From: the human T2T-CHM13v2.0 reference genome, Homo sapiens
Assembly (NCBI RefSeq): GCF_009914755.1
Contig: NC_060942.1
Reading direction: 5' to 3' (one strand)
Length of the DNA: 64,000 nt
The number at the start of each line of letters is the position of its first letter. The stretch's first letter is position 1. Below, one piece after another: positions 14,939 to 33,170 of the stretch. The notes under the pieces were generated by a model. It searched no databases. It saw only the letters and a list, made by a program, of their open reading frames with translations, and was not told where the DNA came from. A program made the translations under genes and the position numbers.

Positions 14939-17900
14939 GAATGATATCTCACCAAATAGAGAATACCAATGAAGAGATAACAATTATAAAAGTAGACCCA
15001 AGTAGAAATGCTAGAGTTGAAAATTACAAAACCGAAATACAAAATTCAGTAGAGGCACTCAACAGCAGATTAGAGATGGCAAAAGAAAGAATCAGCAAAT
15101 TTGATAGGTACATTGAGATTATCCAATCAGAGGAGCAGAAAGAAAAAAGAATAAAGAAAAATGAACAGAGCCTCAGAGGTCTGTGGGATACCATCAAACA
15201 AATCTGGAGGTCCCAGAGGAGAGAAAGAGGAAAAAAAGGCAGAAAGGCTATTTGGAAAAATAATAGCCAAAATTTTCCATTAAACTTTTCATTTGATGAA
15301 AAATTAATCTATATATTTTTAAAAGTTTAAGTGTATCCTACTTGCAGTTTGTTAAAGAGGTCCATACCTAGACACATCACATGCAAACTGCCAAAAAAAA
15401 GAGAGAGAGAATCCTGAAAGCAGCAAGAGAAAAACCATTCCTCTTGTATAAGAGATCATCAGAGTAAGATTAACAGCTGGCTTCTTGTTAAAAAAAAAAA
15501 AATCCATGGAGACCAAAATGCTGTGGAATGACATACTTCAAGTTTGGGGAAGGCAGTGGGGATAATTCTATATCCGGCTAAGCTATCCTTCCAAAAATGA
15601 AGGAGAAGGAAAATAAAAAGTGAAGGAAACATGAGATATTCCCAAATGAATAATAAACAAATAACACTGAGATAATCTGTTATTAGTAGATCTGCCTTAT
15701 AAGAAATACTAAAGGGCCTCCTCTTTCAGGCTGAAATAAAAGAACATTACACATAACTTGAATCTACAAGAAGAAATAAAGAGCACTGTTAAAAGTAACT
15801 ACATAGGTATATAAAAATGATAGTATAAATGTATTTTTGTTTGCTTGTAACTCATTCTTCTGATTTAAAAGGACAACTGCAGAAAACAATAATTATAAAA
15901 ATGTTTTGACAATGTTATATGAAAATGTAATTTGTATGATGACAATACCACAAATAATAGGGATGGGAATAGAGTTATATCGGAGCAAAATTTTTGTATA
16001 TAATTGAAATTAAGTTGGTATCAATCTGAGCTAGATTGTTTTAAATTAAGATGTTAACTGAAATTAAATGTTAATTGAAAAGCCATCACTAAGAAAATAC
16101 AGTAAAAAGAAACAACAAAGAAATAAAACTGTACGTAAAAATATTTAACAGAAAAGAAAGCAATAATGGAGAGCAAAATGATGAGACAGAAAATAAACAG
16201 CAAAATGACAGGCACAAATCCTACTATGTCAGTAATTAAATGTAAATGAATTCAACATTCTAATAGAAAAAGGCAGAGATTGGCAAAATGGATTAAAACA
16301 CAAAACACAAATAGAAACAACAATCATTCTCCAGTTATATGAGGAGACATGCTTTACATTCAGGGAAACAAATAGGTTGAAAGAAAGGGGATGGAAATAA
16401 ATATACCATGCAAACAGTACCTAAAAGACAGCTGAAGTGGCTATATAAACAGCAGACAAAATAGACTTTAATGCAAGAGAAAAAGATATTTTATAATAAA
16501 AGGGTAAATCTATCAGGAAGACATAACAATTATAAACATATATACATGTGACAACGGAGCTCCAAAATAAATGAAGCAAACACTAACTTAAAAGGAGAAA
16601 TAAATAGTTCAACAATAAATGAACAGTTCAACAATAAATGTTGGAGACTTTAATATCCCAATTTTTATAATGAATAAAACTAGGCAGAAGATCAACAAAA
16701 AATAGAAGACTTAAACAACACTATGAACCAACTAGACCTGGAAGACATCTGTATAATACTGCACCCAACAACTGCACAATAAATATTCTTCAAGTACACA
16801 TGAAACATTCTCTAGGATAGACCATACTTAGGCCCTAAAACAAGTCTCAATAAGCTTAAAAGGACTGAAATCATACAAAGTATGTCTTCCAACCACAAGA
16901 AAATGAAATTAGAAATCAATAAAAGAAGAAAATGTGAGAAATTCACAAATAAGTGCTAATTAAACATACCCCTAAATAACCTATGGAATTAAAAAGAAAT
17001 CACAGAGGAAATTAGAAAATATGTAGAGATTAATGAAAATGAAAATACACCACACCAAAATTTATGGGATGCAGCTAAGGCAGTGTTGAAAAGGAAATGT
17101 ACAGCTGTAAACACCTATATTTAAAAAGAAAGATTTCAATTCAATAATCGAAACTTCCACCATTAGAAATGAAAAAGGAAATGCAAACTTAATCTAAAGC
17201 AAGCAGAAAGTAGAAAATAATAGCGGTTAGGGTGGAAATAAACGGAAGACTCAAAAAACAGAGAAAGTGACAAAATCAAAAGTTGGTTATTTGAAAATAC
17301 TAACAATATTGACAAATCTTTAGGTAAACTAACCAAGAAAATAATGAGAGAAGATTCAAACTACTAAAATCAGTAATGGTGAAGGGGACATTGCTATGGG
17401 CCTTAAGGAATCAAGGATTATAAACATTCTAGTAGCAATGATCACACCTAGCATGCAAGGAACCAAGACTCCTTGGAGAAATGACTGATTGAAGGGCTGG
17501 TACAGGAAATATACATGATGTGCCTTGGGTATTTTATAATACCAGAAAGTAAAGAAGTGCCCCAAAACAAAACAAAGCCCATAATCATGTGGGTATGTCA
17601 AAGGGAAATAGAAACCAACAGAAAAAGCTCCCAGTGACTGAAGTTGGAACAATTTGAGCAAGTAGTATTAGATTATAATTCAAAGTACAAATAAAATCCA
17701 TGACTCCACAATGATGTAAATGACTGAGTACATAGATGAGGGAGAGTAGACAGGTCTACCATACAGAAGAATACCAAATAATTTATTACCAAATAGATAC
17801 ACCACCCTCAAGGATGTAGAGCATAACTTCCCACCTCTTATGTGTAAGGCACACGGAATGTGTTCATTCCAAAACCTACAGTATAAAAAGGGGGAAGAAA

Positions 17901-18204
17901 GAGTAACTCTACAGGGGAGAAACCGGGCAAACACTCTCAGCCAGGTAACCAAGATCAACATCCACAATAATAAGTAATGTTGATAGCATGTATCTTGATA
18001 TGATGTGATCAAGATACCACTTTACCACTGTCTTCTTCTTCCCCCAAACCCATAATCCCAGTATAATAATGAGAAACATAACAGACAAATCTCAATTGAG
18101 GGACATTCTACAAAATGTCTGAAGAGTACTCCTCAAAACTATCAAGGTCACCAAAAACAAGAGAAGTCTGAGAAATTATCACAGCTAAAAGGAGCCTAAG
18201 GAGA

Positions 18205-20840
<2,636 letters not shown>

Positions 20841-21011
20841 GGAGACCTCAAAATTAAATGCAATGTGTTATCCTGGATGGGATCTTGGATCATTAAGTTA
20901 AAAGGGACATTAGGTAAAACTAAGGAAATCTGAATAAAGTATGAACTTCAGTTAATAGCAATATATCAGTATTGTGTATTAATTTTAACAAATATACTAT
21001 ATTAATGTTAG

Positions 21012-21340
<329 letters not shown>

Positions 21341-22541
21341 AAAAGTTTTCTAAAATAAAATTTTATTGTAAAAAGGGATCATAGAGGAATACTATGAGTA
21401 ACTGTATGCCAACAAATTGGATAACCTAGATGAAATGGACTGATTCCTAGAAAAAGACACAAACTACCAAAACTGACTCAAAAAGCAGAAAATCTGAATA
21501 AATTTATAACAAGATATTGAATTATCTCTTGTTTAATTGAATTATCTGGGTCTGGACTTTTCTTAGTCCAGACCCAGATGGTTTCACTGGCCACTTATAC
21601 AAAGTGTTCACAAAATCAAAATCAAACCTTCACAAATTCTTCCAAAAAATAAGAGGGATGCCAATTTATGCTATGAGGTCAGCTTTCACCTGATATCAAA
21701 ACCAGAAAAAGACATTACAGGAAAAGAAAACTACAGTCCAATATCTGTTATGAATAGAGACACAAAAATCCTCAAGAGAATACTAGCACACCATATCTAG
21801 CAACATATAAAAAGGACCACACACCATGACCTGTGAGATTTATCACATGAATGCAAGGTTGGTTTAGCATTCCAAAATCAGTCAATGTAATAAACAATAT
21901 TAAAGGGACAAAAGCCATATGATCATGTCAATAGATACAAAAAGAGCATTTGACAAAATCTAACACTCTTTTATGATTAAAAACACTCAACAAACTAGGA
22001 ATAGAAAGAGACTTCTTCATCCTACATAGAGAATATCTATGAAAACTCACCGCTAACATCATACTTAATGGTTAAAAGACAATGATTTTCCCCGAGATCA
22101 ACAACAAAACAAGAATGTCTACTTTCACATCATCTATTTAACACTGTACTGTAGTTTCGACCCAGGAAAGGCAAGAAAATAAAAGACATCAGATTGGAAT
22201 GGAAGAAGTTAAAATATCTCTATTCACAGATGATATGCATTTGTATATAGAAAATCCTAAGGAATCCATAAACAAAACCTTATTAGAGTTAATAAATGAA
22301 TTCAGCATGATTTTAGTATACAATATCCACATACAAAAATAAACTGTATTTCTAAGCAGTAGCAATGAACAATCTAAAAATTAAGAAAATTCCATTAACA
22401 ATAGCATTACAAAGGATAAAACAGGAATAAACAAAATAAGTGAAAGATTTATACATTGAAAACTACAGAATATTGTTGAAAAAATAAAGAAGATCTAAAT
22501 TAATGGAAAGACATTTCATGCTCATGGATTAGAAAACTTAA

Positions 22542-22891
<350 letters not shown>

Positions 22892-23131
22892 TGATCTACA
22901 GATTCAATACAACCCCATCAGAATCTTAGCTGTATCTTCTGTAGTAGTCAGCAAGCTGATCCTAAATTCAAAGGTCTCACTATATCCAGAAGAATCTTGA
23001 AAACGAAAAACATAGTTGAAGAACTCACACTTCCCAATTTCAAAACTTACACATAGTACTAACATAGAGACGTATAAACGACCAGGGGAACCGAATTGAG
23101 AGTACAGAAAAAAACCTTACATTTGTCATCA

Positions 23132-23436
<305 letters not shown>

Positions 23437-25028
23437 TAATCAATTTATTTTTGACAAGAATGTTAAGACAATTCAATGAGGAAAAAACAGTCTTTTCAAC
23501 AAATGGTGCTGGGACAACTGCATATCCACATGCAAAACAATAAAGCTGGACCTCTACCTCATGCCATATATAAAAAGTAACTCAAATTGGATTACAGACT
23601 AAATGTGAGCTAAAATTATAAAACTATTAGACAAATACATAGAATTAAATTATCATTACTGGAGTTAGGCAATAATTTCTTAAATATGATGCCAAAAGCA
23701 GAAACCACAAAAGAAAAAAAAGATAAACTGGACTTCATTAAACTTAAAAACCTTTGTGCTTCAAGGAACATCATGAAGAAAGTGAAAAGGTAATCTATAG
23801 AATGACAGAAAATATTTGCAAATCAGATCTCTGATAAGGGACTTGTGCCTCTGATAAGGCATATTAAAAGAAAACTCTTAAAACTCTATAATAAAAGACA
23901 ACCCCATTAAAAATGGTCAAATAACTTTAATAGACATTCCCCAAAAAAGATACACAGATGACCAAAAAATCAAAAGCATAGGAGTCACTACCTCGGACTC
24001 ACCAGGTTGGCTGTAATAAAAAAGATAACATGCTGATAAGAACGTGTGGGAATCTTAACCCTCACACATTTTTGTTAGGAATGTAAAACGGTGCAAATGA
24101 TTTTGTAAACAGTCTGGGAGTTCTTCAAAATGTTGAGTTACCATGTGACCCAGAAATTGAAGGCTAACTAGAAGCCATGTTCAGAAACATGACAACCCCG
24201 AGGACGGCACCAGCAGGCACTCAGTGGAGACTCTGCTTTTGCTCCAGGCAAACAGGATGTTCCAAGGGACCAAGGGAGGCCAGCATCTGCTGTAAGCACA
24301 CAACCCATTTAGAAGATGAAGAGTTAAGAACTCAGGGAAGGCTCATGCCTCATCACTGCTGGGCCTTACAGAGGAGGCACAGGATATGAGGTTTGGTCCA
24401 ACCCAGCTGGCAGGGCTGGCTTTTCCAGTTAAAATGGACCCAACAGTGTTGGCTGGGTAAGGAGGACAGAGGGCAGGCACTCCGAACAGGGTAGAACTTG
24501 CCTTCCCTCACATGCCTGTCTCCACCCTGACCCCAAACTACAAAAGTCCTCAGTCCTCCTTCTCTAATTCAGAAACCAAAACTGTATATGAATGATATTT
24601 CTGGAGTCACAGGGCTCTGGCAATATAAACCTATTTTCATTATTCAACTTCTATACTGAAGGATAACTCATCACCATTAACACGATTATGTCTTACCTTC
24701 CAGGTTAAAAGATATTACAAACATAAAATTTTCTTGATACCTAAGAGGTCTATCTAAATTTACCATACGTTTAAACAAATCAGAGCATGAATGACTCTAG
24801 AAGGTATGAAAGTCTTTTTCTGTCTAAAACAAAAATCCAAAATCCTTTTGGCCTGCCTGACTGCCTGGGCCCTGATTCAGTATGTTCTGGACAAACCTCC
24901 TCATCATGTGAGGTTCTCTCACTGTCGGCACAAACAGGGCTCATGTTTGGTGTGTGCTTCAAAGCTGGATATCTGTCTTCATGCCCTGAATTAAATCATA
25001 AGCTTCCCAATTGAAAGTGACCGTCCAA

Positions 25029-25410
<382 letters not shown>

Positions 25411-26612
25411 CTAAGACCCTCATTTCCTGACTCTGGCCCAGTGCTCCAACTGTGTAGGCATTCTTCTTACCACTGAAAACATAGTCCCCTGCTGGTTTCA
25501 TCTTAAACTCAGTCAGCTACTAGTGACTAAAAAACTTTAGGATGTCACGCTTTTGCTGATCAAAGTGCAGCTCTGGCTCAGAACCATCCCCAAGGAACTG
25601 CGGCACCGTTTCTCAGTCTACGCACGAAGCAGCCATCACCGCATGTTGGACTCATGTCTGCTTTTCCTTTACAAAGGGTCCAAAATAATGAAGAGGAGAA
25701 TTTTAACAGTATTTTCTTGTCACCTAGGTCCTTTCACACTAGGGAGGACCCTTAGGGCCTGGACCCACGTGCTGTTCTTCAACAAACCAAAGGGAGGGAA
25801 GCTCCTGGCCATTTCCATCACTCATGCAAAGGCCCATTGCCATGTTAAAGTTCTCATAGCTGCTTGGGGCATGAGATGCACATACATGATTTTTAATCTT
25901 TAAGCCACTTGGGAGATGTAGCATCCCCTTTATAGAGGCAGACAACTGAATGTCCCCTTCACAGTTATCCTGCTCACTCTCTGCCACAGTGCTGGCTCGA
26001 TTCCCTCCCAGCTCACCTCCCCCTTCAGGCTGGTTTTCACAAAAAAGCAAAATTAAACTTGAAGGGCAAATGTTTCTGACACTGCATTTCTATTGTCCTT
26101 TGTCATTTCCTCAAAATACTCTTGCTGTTTTTTAAAAGCATTCTTTTTCTCTTTTGCACCCAAATCAAGACAGTGTTGCCTGAAGTAGTTGGAGAAGCGT
26201 GGGAAAGTAGCCATCCTGGGGAAACCAGCAAGTTTCAATGTAGATGCCCCCTCCCACATGTACAACACATACAAAGAGGAAAGTCCAGGTCTAGTGTGAC
26301 ACCCAAGGTGCTGCCAGAGGACAAGGAGATCAGAGCACACCTAGTCATCTCTGGGCCGGCTCACGAGGGCCCCACACACGGATGTCTAACTCTGCACATC
26401 ACCCCACCACAAAGAAAACCACTGTAATGTGTAGGAAGACATTCTTCCAGGCTTCTTTAACATGTATGGTTTTTAAAAATTAGGATCATACACTGTTATA
26501 TTTTTCTTTATGGTTTGAATAGGGCTATATAACCACATAGCTCAATATTCAAAAGGTATTTAGTGAAATCTCCAGCTACCCAGCCCCCTCCCCACAGGTA
26601 ACCAATGACTTC

Positions 26613-26613
<1 letters not shown>

Positions 26614-26652
<39 letters not shown>

Positions 26653-26918
26653 CGGAGTTTCTCTCTTTGTTGCGCAGGCTGGAGTGCAATAGTGTGATCT
26701 TGGCTCACCGCAACCTCCGCCTCCTGGGTTCAGGCGATTCTCCTGCCTCAGCCTCCTGAGTAGCTGGGATTACAGGCATGTACCACCACGCCCAGCTAAT
26801 TTTGCATTTTTAGTAGAGACGGGGGTTCCTCCATGTTGGTCAGGCTGGTCTCGAACTCCCGACCTCAGGTGATCCGCCTGCCTTGGCCTCCCAAAGGGCT
26901 GGGATTACAGGCTTGAGA
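26614..26918 (-). mobile_element. AluSp/Sq with long poly-T (~35 nt)
   Basis: Reverse Alu with ctcaccgcaacctcc and ggtcaggctggtctcgaactcccgacc diagnostics. Confidence 0.92.
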
Positions 26919-27423
26919 CTTAGCTTTTAATGTGCCCTTCTAGAGATATCTTATGCATACGAAAGCAAACAAATGTGAATTGTCTCTATCTTCCCTCTTT
27001 TCTAAACAATGGTAGCACACTACCAACACCGGTCTACTTCATGCTTTTTTCACTTAATTGTATATTTTGAAAACAGTCTTTTGCTGGATGTTCCTAGTTC
27101 TACTGGGGCAGTACCCCTGATTCACAGATGACCCTGAACCGGAGAAAGATTACATCTGTTAATTATAATGTGCCCCCAGAGATGTGACAGACTGTTGTCA
27201 CACTGGCCAGCAAAGAACCAGGCTGAAGACCCAGGCATTAATTTATCAGTCAAAATTTGCTGAGGAGCAGGTCACCTCCCAGACCCCAAGCAGCCACAAA
27301 TTTAAAATTTTTAATTGCCATATTACGAGTGGCAGGAAACTGCTGCGGCTTACCACTGACTACAATCACATAGCAGGCACTTGAATCTTCACTGAATTAA
27401 TGAATTAAACCTGTTGACCAGAG

Positions 27424-27715
27424 TTTTTGTTTATTTGCTTTTTGGAGACAGGGTCTTATTCTGTTGCCCAGGCTGCAGTGCAGTGTGGCTCACTGCAGTC
27501 TCAACCTCCCAGGCTCTAGCAATCCTCCCACCGCAGCCTCTCCAGTAGCTAGAACTATAAGCTCACAACCACCACACCCAGCTAATTAAAAAATATATAT
27601 GTATTTGTAGAGACAGTCTCACCATGTAGCTAGGGCTAGTCTTGAATTCCTGGGGTCCAGTGATCCTCCTGCCTCAGCCTCCCAAATTGCTGGGATGACA
27701 GGCATGGCCTGGCTT
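27424..27715 (-). mobile_element. AluJ
   Basis: Diverged reverse Alu. Confidence 0.85.
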
Positions 27716-28274
27716 GACCAGTTTTAAAATAAAACTCTAGAATTTTATTAAACTGACATTGGCTGACAATGTCACAAAACAGAAAGACAGGACAAGGTTT
27801 GAGCACAAAGTCATGAAATGTGTTCCATGTCCCTTATAGAGCAATGAGTCCCACCAGTCCGGCCCTGTGGACATTGCATTTGCCATAATCTTCCCCCATC
27901 TGGAGCCAAATGTCAGCATGCAGGTGAAGATGTTTTCAAGCAACAAAAACAGGGAGGCAATGTTTCAAATACTTGCACACGGGTGACAAGAGGCAAGGCT
28001 GTGTTTTCTTGCAAAAGGCTTTGCTTCCAAATGACTCAAGAAGGAAGCACTGAATTGCTCTGACCAGCTCCCTTCTTCTGGTCAAACTTGAGTGGCAGCC
28101 ACTGGGTCACACACACCAGGTAGTGTTCCACACTGGCGACTGCAAGGCAGGCACTGCGTCTGTTGCAGGCCAGTGGATTCTCCTGAGAGTCTGAGGACTT
28201 CCCACTCACTCCCCACCCCACATCCTTCCCTTCAGCAGAACAGACCCCAGAAAGAGAAGAGCATCTGAGAAACC

Positions 28275-28376
28275 CCATTCACGAGAGGGCAACCCCGGGA
28301 ACCACCAGACCACCAGGGCTTCAGACCATTCACGAGACGTCAACCCCGGGAACCACCAGACCACCAGGGCTTCAGA
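28275..28376. repeat. 51-bp tandem duplication
   Basis: CCATTCACGAGA..CAACCCCGGGAACCACCAGACCACCAGGGCTTCAGA at 28275 and 28326. Confidence 0.9.
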
Positions 28377-29392
28377 AAGGCCAGGAGGTTCACAGAAGTG
28401 TTCTCTTGCGTGGCCGTGTCTCAATTTGAACTCACTTCTTTGAGCCAGGTAGAAACTTACTCATTGAACCCGTATTTTCCTGTGCTGGGCTGAACGGTGA
28501 AAGAAAAATATGGTCTCCATTTTATCCCCAAGAGAGCTCAGTATACAGTAGATACTAAAAACATTTACTAAACGACAGGTGACCAGCGTGAGGCAGGCCC
28601 CACCTTTGTTCATCTGAGGAGTGGTTTCAAGGCCTCTGAGCACAGCTGGAAAAGGGCCCGACCTGGTGCTCAGGAAGTCACATCCCACGGGGGAGACGGC
28701 AGCGAGCAGAGAGACCCCAAGTGAAAACTGCGGAAGCCGCCATGGGGAGGTGAGGGGAGGTGAGCGGAGGGGAGGCCAGGGGAGGGGAGTTCCCGGACAC
28801 ACGGTCCTGGAGAACACAGGCCACATGCACAAGGCCACCCAGGTCCCTCTACATTGACCCCCAGCCTCCTCAATCAGCTCTGCTGGGTGAGTCGCAGGCA
28901 CCAAGTGCCCCTACAGCTCACATTGTCTGCAAGGGGTCCCCACCCCCACAAGGCCCGCCCACCCCAGGCTTGCCCCAAGGTGCGCAGACTGTCTCTCGTC
29001 TAAGGTCCCAGACACCACAGGGTCTTGGCCCCCAGGCCCACAGACTGCATCTCCTAAGATGCAGCCCTGAAGCCCCACCCCCATCCACAGACTGCGCCTC
29101 CCACCTAAGGCCCCGCCCACTGAGGCCCCATCCCCTGCCCACAGACTGCGCCTCCCACCTAAGGCCCTTCTCCACCAAAGACCTGCCTCACACCCCCAGG
29201 GGCCTGCCTCCCATCTAAGGCCCCCACCCCAGGCCTACAGGTGAGAACAGTGAACAACTGCAGGTGATCAGAAACAGAGACAGATTCCCACAGGAAATGT
29301 TCATCAAAATACTTATAAGGGTGACAAATGGAAACAGTAAGTGCATCAAACACATGAAAGCACATTTCCAGGTGGAGATATGATGAAGCTAA

Positions 29393-29698
<306 letters not shown>

Positions 29699-31329
29699 CA
29701 GAAGTGGTATTTGAAAAGGATTTAAGGGCTCAAGGAAGCCTTTACAATATAGTAAATTTAAAAACACACACACAAAAACACAACACCGAATCTGCAGCGA
29801 GGTCCCAGTTAGGTCAGAAATTACCTTGGCACAAAACAGAGCAGATGGGCAAGGCCCCTGGGCTGGGAATCCTGTCTGAGCCAGGAGCCCCCTCAGGCCA
29901 AGGAAGTCAGGACCTCTGGGGCTGGGCCCAGGCAAGGTCATTTCAGAAAGTTCTAGCTCCTGCTCCTTGAGGATGTTCCTTGAACCAGAAGCATTCCCTG
30001 GAGCCAGCTGGAAATGCTCTACACCAGACCCGGAGTCCAAATCTGCACTCTCATGGGAGTCAGGGCTCATGTGCACATTAAAGGTTGCACAACTGACCTG
30101 TCTTCGTGTAGCTGATGGTTTGCTCGAGCCAGAAGTTAGACAGTAATCCACACATGCAAATATGTAATTGCAAACTCTGAGAGATGCAAATGAAGACTGT
30201 AAAACACAGGCCCTAATTTAAACTCAGGGAATAAGGAGTGGAAATAACTGGGTGAAGCGTGAGGACAGAGAGCATTTCATCCCATGGCACAACCAAAGGA
30301 GCCTGGACAGCCCCAGGAATGAGGAGGGCAGTGTGGGCGGCCAGGCAAACAGGACTGTGTGTGTCTGAGATGCTCCAGGGACGTGTTGACACAGGGAGTT
30401 GGCTCCAGGACGTGCTGGGGGCCTTCAGGTGTCTCCCACATTCCCCCACGCATCCAGGTGGGTCATAGGGTCACAGTGTCACCATTTCAGAGGAAGAAGA
30501 CCCTCAAGTCTCACTGTCAGGGTGGGGTCACATGCCCAGCTCTAAACCATTCACTGGCAGGGGCTGAGACTCGCCTTAGACTGTCAGAGCCCCTGGCCTA
30601 CAGCAGGGTCTGTTGGGAGGGGATGGCGATGCTGGCCTACCATCCAAGCCCAGACGCATTCCAGCTGTAAAGGATCTCACGCGTGTGCATGGCAAACATG
30701 AGCTGCCTCAGACCTTCAAGCCGGGGAGCACCTGTGCACATCTGTGCCCTGTAGGAAACTAAGAAACACAGAAAGAACTCCATGTAGGAAAAGAGAGTGC
30801 AACAGGTCTTAAAGAAATACAGGCGGTCATCCTAATGAGGAACCTGTTGGAGCGTGGGACTCGGCAGTAGTTTGCTATAGAATGACTTCTTGGGCTGACA
30901 CGTTGGGACGGTTTAAAATCGGGCCACACACCTATGAGTCAGATGAGGTGGAGCCTGGCGCCTGCCTAGGTGCTGTCCACCCAAGATCCAGAGTGATGAT
31001 GGTGCAGCCGTTGGCACTCGCAGAACTGCCCAGACGAGCATCATGCCAGACTGTGCAGGGTGACGGCTAAACCCACTGTACCCTGTGGCCCCTCTGAGCA
31101 CAGACAGTCCCTGCAGAGGGCCTGCCATTCTGGTTCATGCATGTGTTCTGGACCAATGCACCCAGCACTGCTAAATGTAGGAGGTGGGAGGGGTAGCAGT
31201 GAGGGAGGGGTAGCAGTGGAGGACACAGAGGTCTATGAACATGGTCTCCGTCCAGAAGGGATTTACCATACAGGAGAGAAGTCAGAGTCTCTGCCAAGCT
31301 TTGTGTGCATGCTCTCTGTAATCCTGATG

Positions 31330-31450
31330 GCAACCCTAGGGAGGTGTCACTGTTCCCACTTTACAAACCAGGAGACTGAAACCTAGAGGGGTTCAATAAC
31401 CTGCCCATAGTCACAAGGCTAGTAAATGAAGGACCTGAGGCTGAATTCAA
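31330..31450. mobile_element. MIR fragment
   Basis: cccactttaca..ggagactgaaacctagaggggttcaataacctgcccatagtcaca, MIR core. Confidence 0.7.
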
Positions 31451-31974
31451 AAAGGGAATTTGGAAAAGACCTAAAGAGCTACAGTGATGGGAGAGAGAAT
31501 TCCAAATGGAAGGTCAGGGACAAGGGGTGCCCTTTGTGAGAAGGAACACCCCAGGTGGGAGGGGATGCCCCTCATGGAGGGAATGGACAAGGATGGCCCA
31601 TCAGCAAGGGAGTGGGATGAACGGGCCAGGGTTACTCCAGAAGCAACTAAGGGCTCAGGAGACTCTAGTGCTGAGAGGTAGGGCCAGGGGAAAGGTGCTG
31701 GGGGTTGGCCTGGGCCCAAGTGTGTGAGGCGTGAGCACAGGCTGCGCATCTGTCCCTGCCTTCATAAGACTTTCCTGAAAGGTAAATTCACTTAGGCAGA
31801 AGCCTCGAACTCCAGCCCGTGGAAGAAAGTGGGGTCCCATTCCGATGTGAGCTCATGATACATGGAGGAATTAGGCAGTTCTGCATCCGAGCTGTGCTGC
31901 CCACTGGGAGCGGCTGAGGGGATGCAGGCTGGGTCACTGGAGTTGTACAAATACAGACAGACAACATAGCAAAG

Positions 31975-32130
31975 CTGCAAAGAGCCAGGCTCTGAGTGGA
32001 CACACCTGGGTTCCAATCCTCACCTGTACTGGCTGTGTAACTCTGGATAATTTATTCAACTTCTCTGATCCTGTTCCTCCTTCATAAAATAGATAAAAAC
32101 ATTCATCCCAGGGTTGTGGTGAGACTCTAA
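31975..32130. mobile_element. MIR fragment
   Basis: cctgggttccaatcct...ctgtgtaactctgg..ttattcaacttctctg, MIR core in the opposite orientation. Confidence 0.65.
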
Positions 32131-32816
32131 TATGAACACATGTCCTGTGTTCAATATAGGCCCTGGTGAGCGAGTGAGACTCCAGCCAATGGGAGCAATT
32201 CACTCGCTCAACTTGCTCACCAAGCTGTTTGTTCTCCCCCAGGCCTAGAGACGGGTTCGGCATCTCACAGGCATCCACAGGGATGGCTGCCGAGCCCTTC
32301 TCAAAAACCCAAAGTTGCAAGCACAGTAAAGGCAGACCTCTTGCATGTATGGAGTTATAATAGCACAGGATAGTAAGCCTGTTTTGGGCTCACACTGTGG
32401 GCCTGAGCTGCTGGCAGATTCAGCCTTCCGGCAGCTGAACCACAAGCCCTAATCTCTGAGCAGAAGCCACTGCGTTCCTACACTTGTCCCTTCACTGCTG
32501 GCAGGTAGCTGTTTTTCAGGGCATTTTTAAAAAATGAAATAACCTTTTAGTAATTCCATGAGTGAAAAGCTGTGCTCATGAGTGTGACCAGAGCCAGCAG
32601 CTCTGGGTGGAGATAAAGAGTGGTAGGTTCTGCCCCCGCCCCCCAAGCCACACAATTCAACAGGCCTCTGCTAGGTGGTGTCCACACCAGGGACTGGGTG
32701 GGTGGGATGGGTCACCAGGAGTACTCTGACCTCCACTGCAGAAAGCCTACTGCGGGGCTGCTGAAGCAAGTGGATGAGGTGGCCAGGCCTGCAGTCCTGG
32801 GCCTGTGCTCCTTGCA

Positions 32817-33170
32817 TGTATTAGTCCGTTTTCACGCTGCTGATAAAGACATACCCGAGACTGGGAAGTAAAAGAGGTTTAATTGGACTTACAGTTCCAC
32901 ATGGCTGGGGAGGCCTCAGAATCATGGTGGGAGGTGAAAGGCACTTCTTACATGGTGGCAGCAAGAAAAAAATGAGGAAGATATGAAAGTGGAAACCCCT
33001 GATAAAACCATCAGATCTCATGAGACTTATTCACTACCACGAGAACAATGTGGGGGAAACTGCCCCCATGATTCAAATTATCTCCCACCAGGTCCCTCCC
33101 ACAACACGTGGGAGTTATGAGAGTACAATTCAAGATGAGATTTGGGTGAGGACACAGCCAAGCCATATCA
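32817..33170 (-). mobile_element. THE1B-like solo LTR
   Basis: tgtattagtccgttttcacgctgctgataaagacatacccgagactggg...ccatatca. Confidence 0.93.
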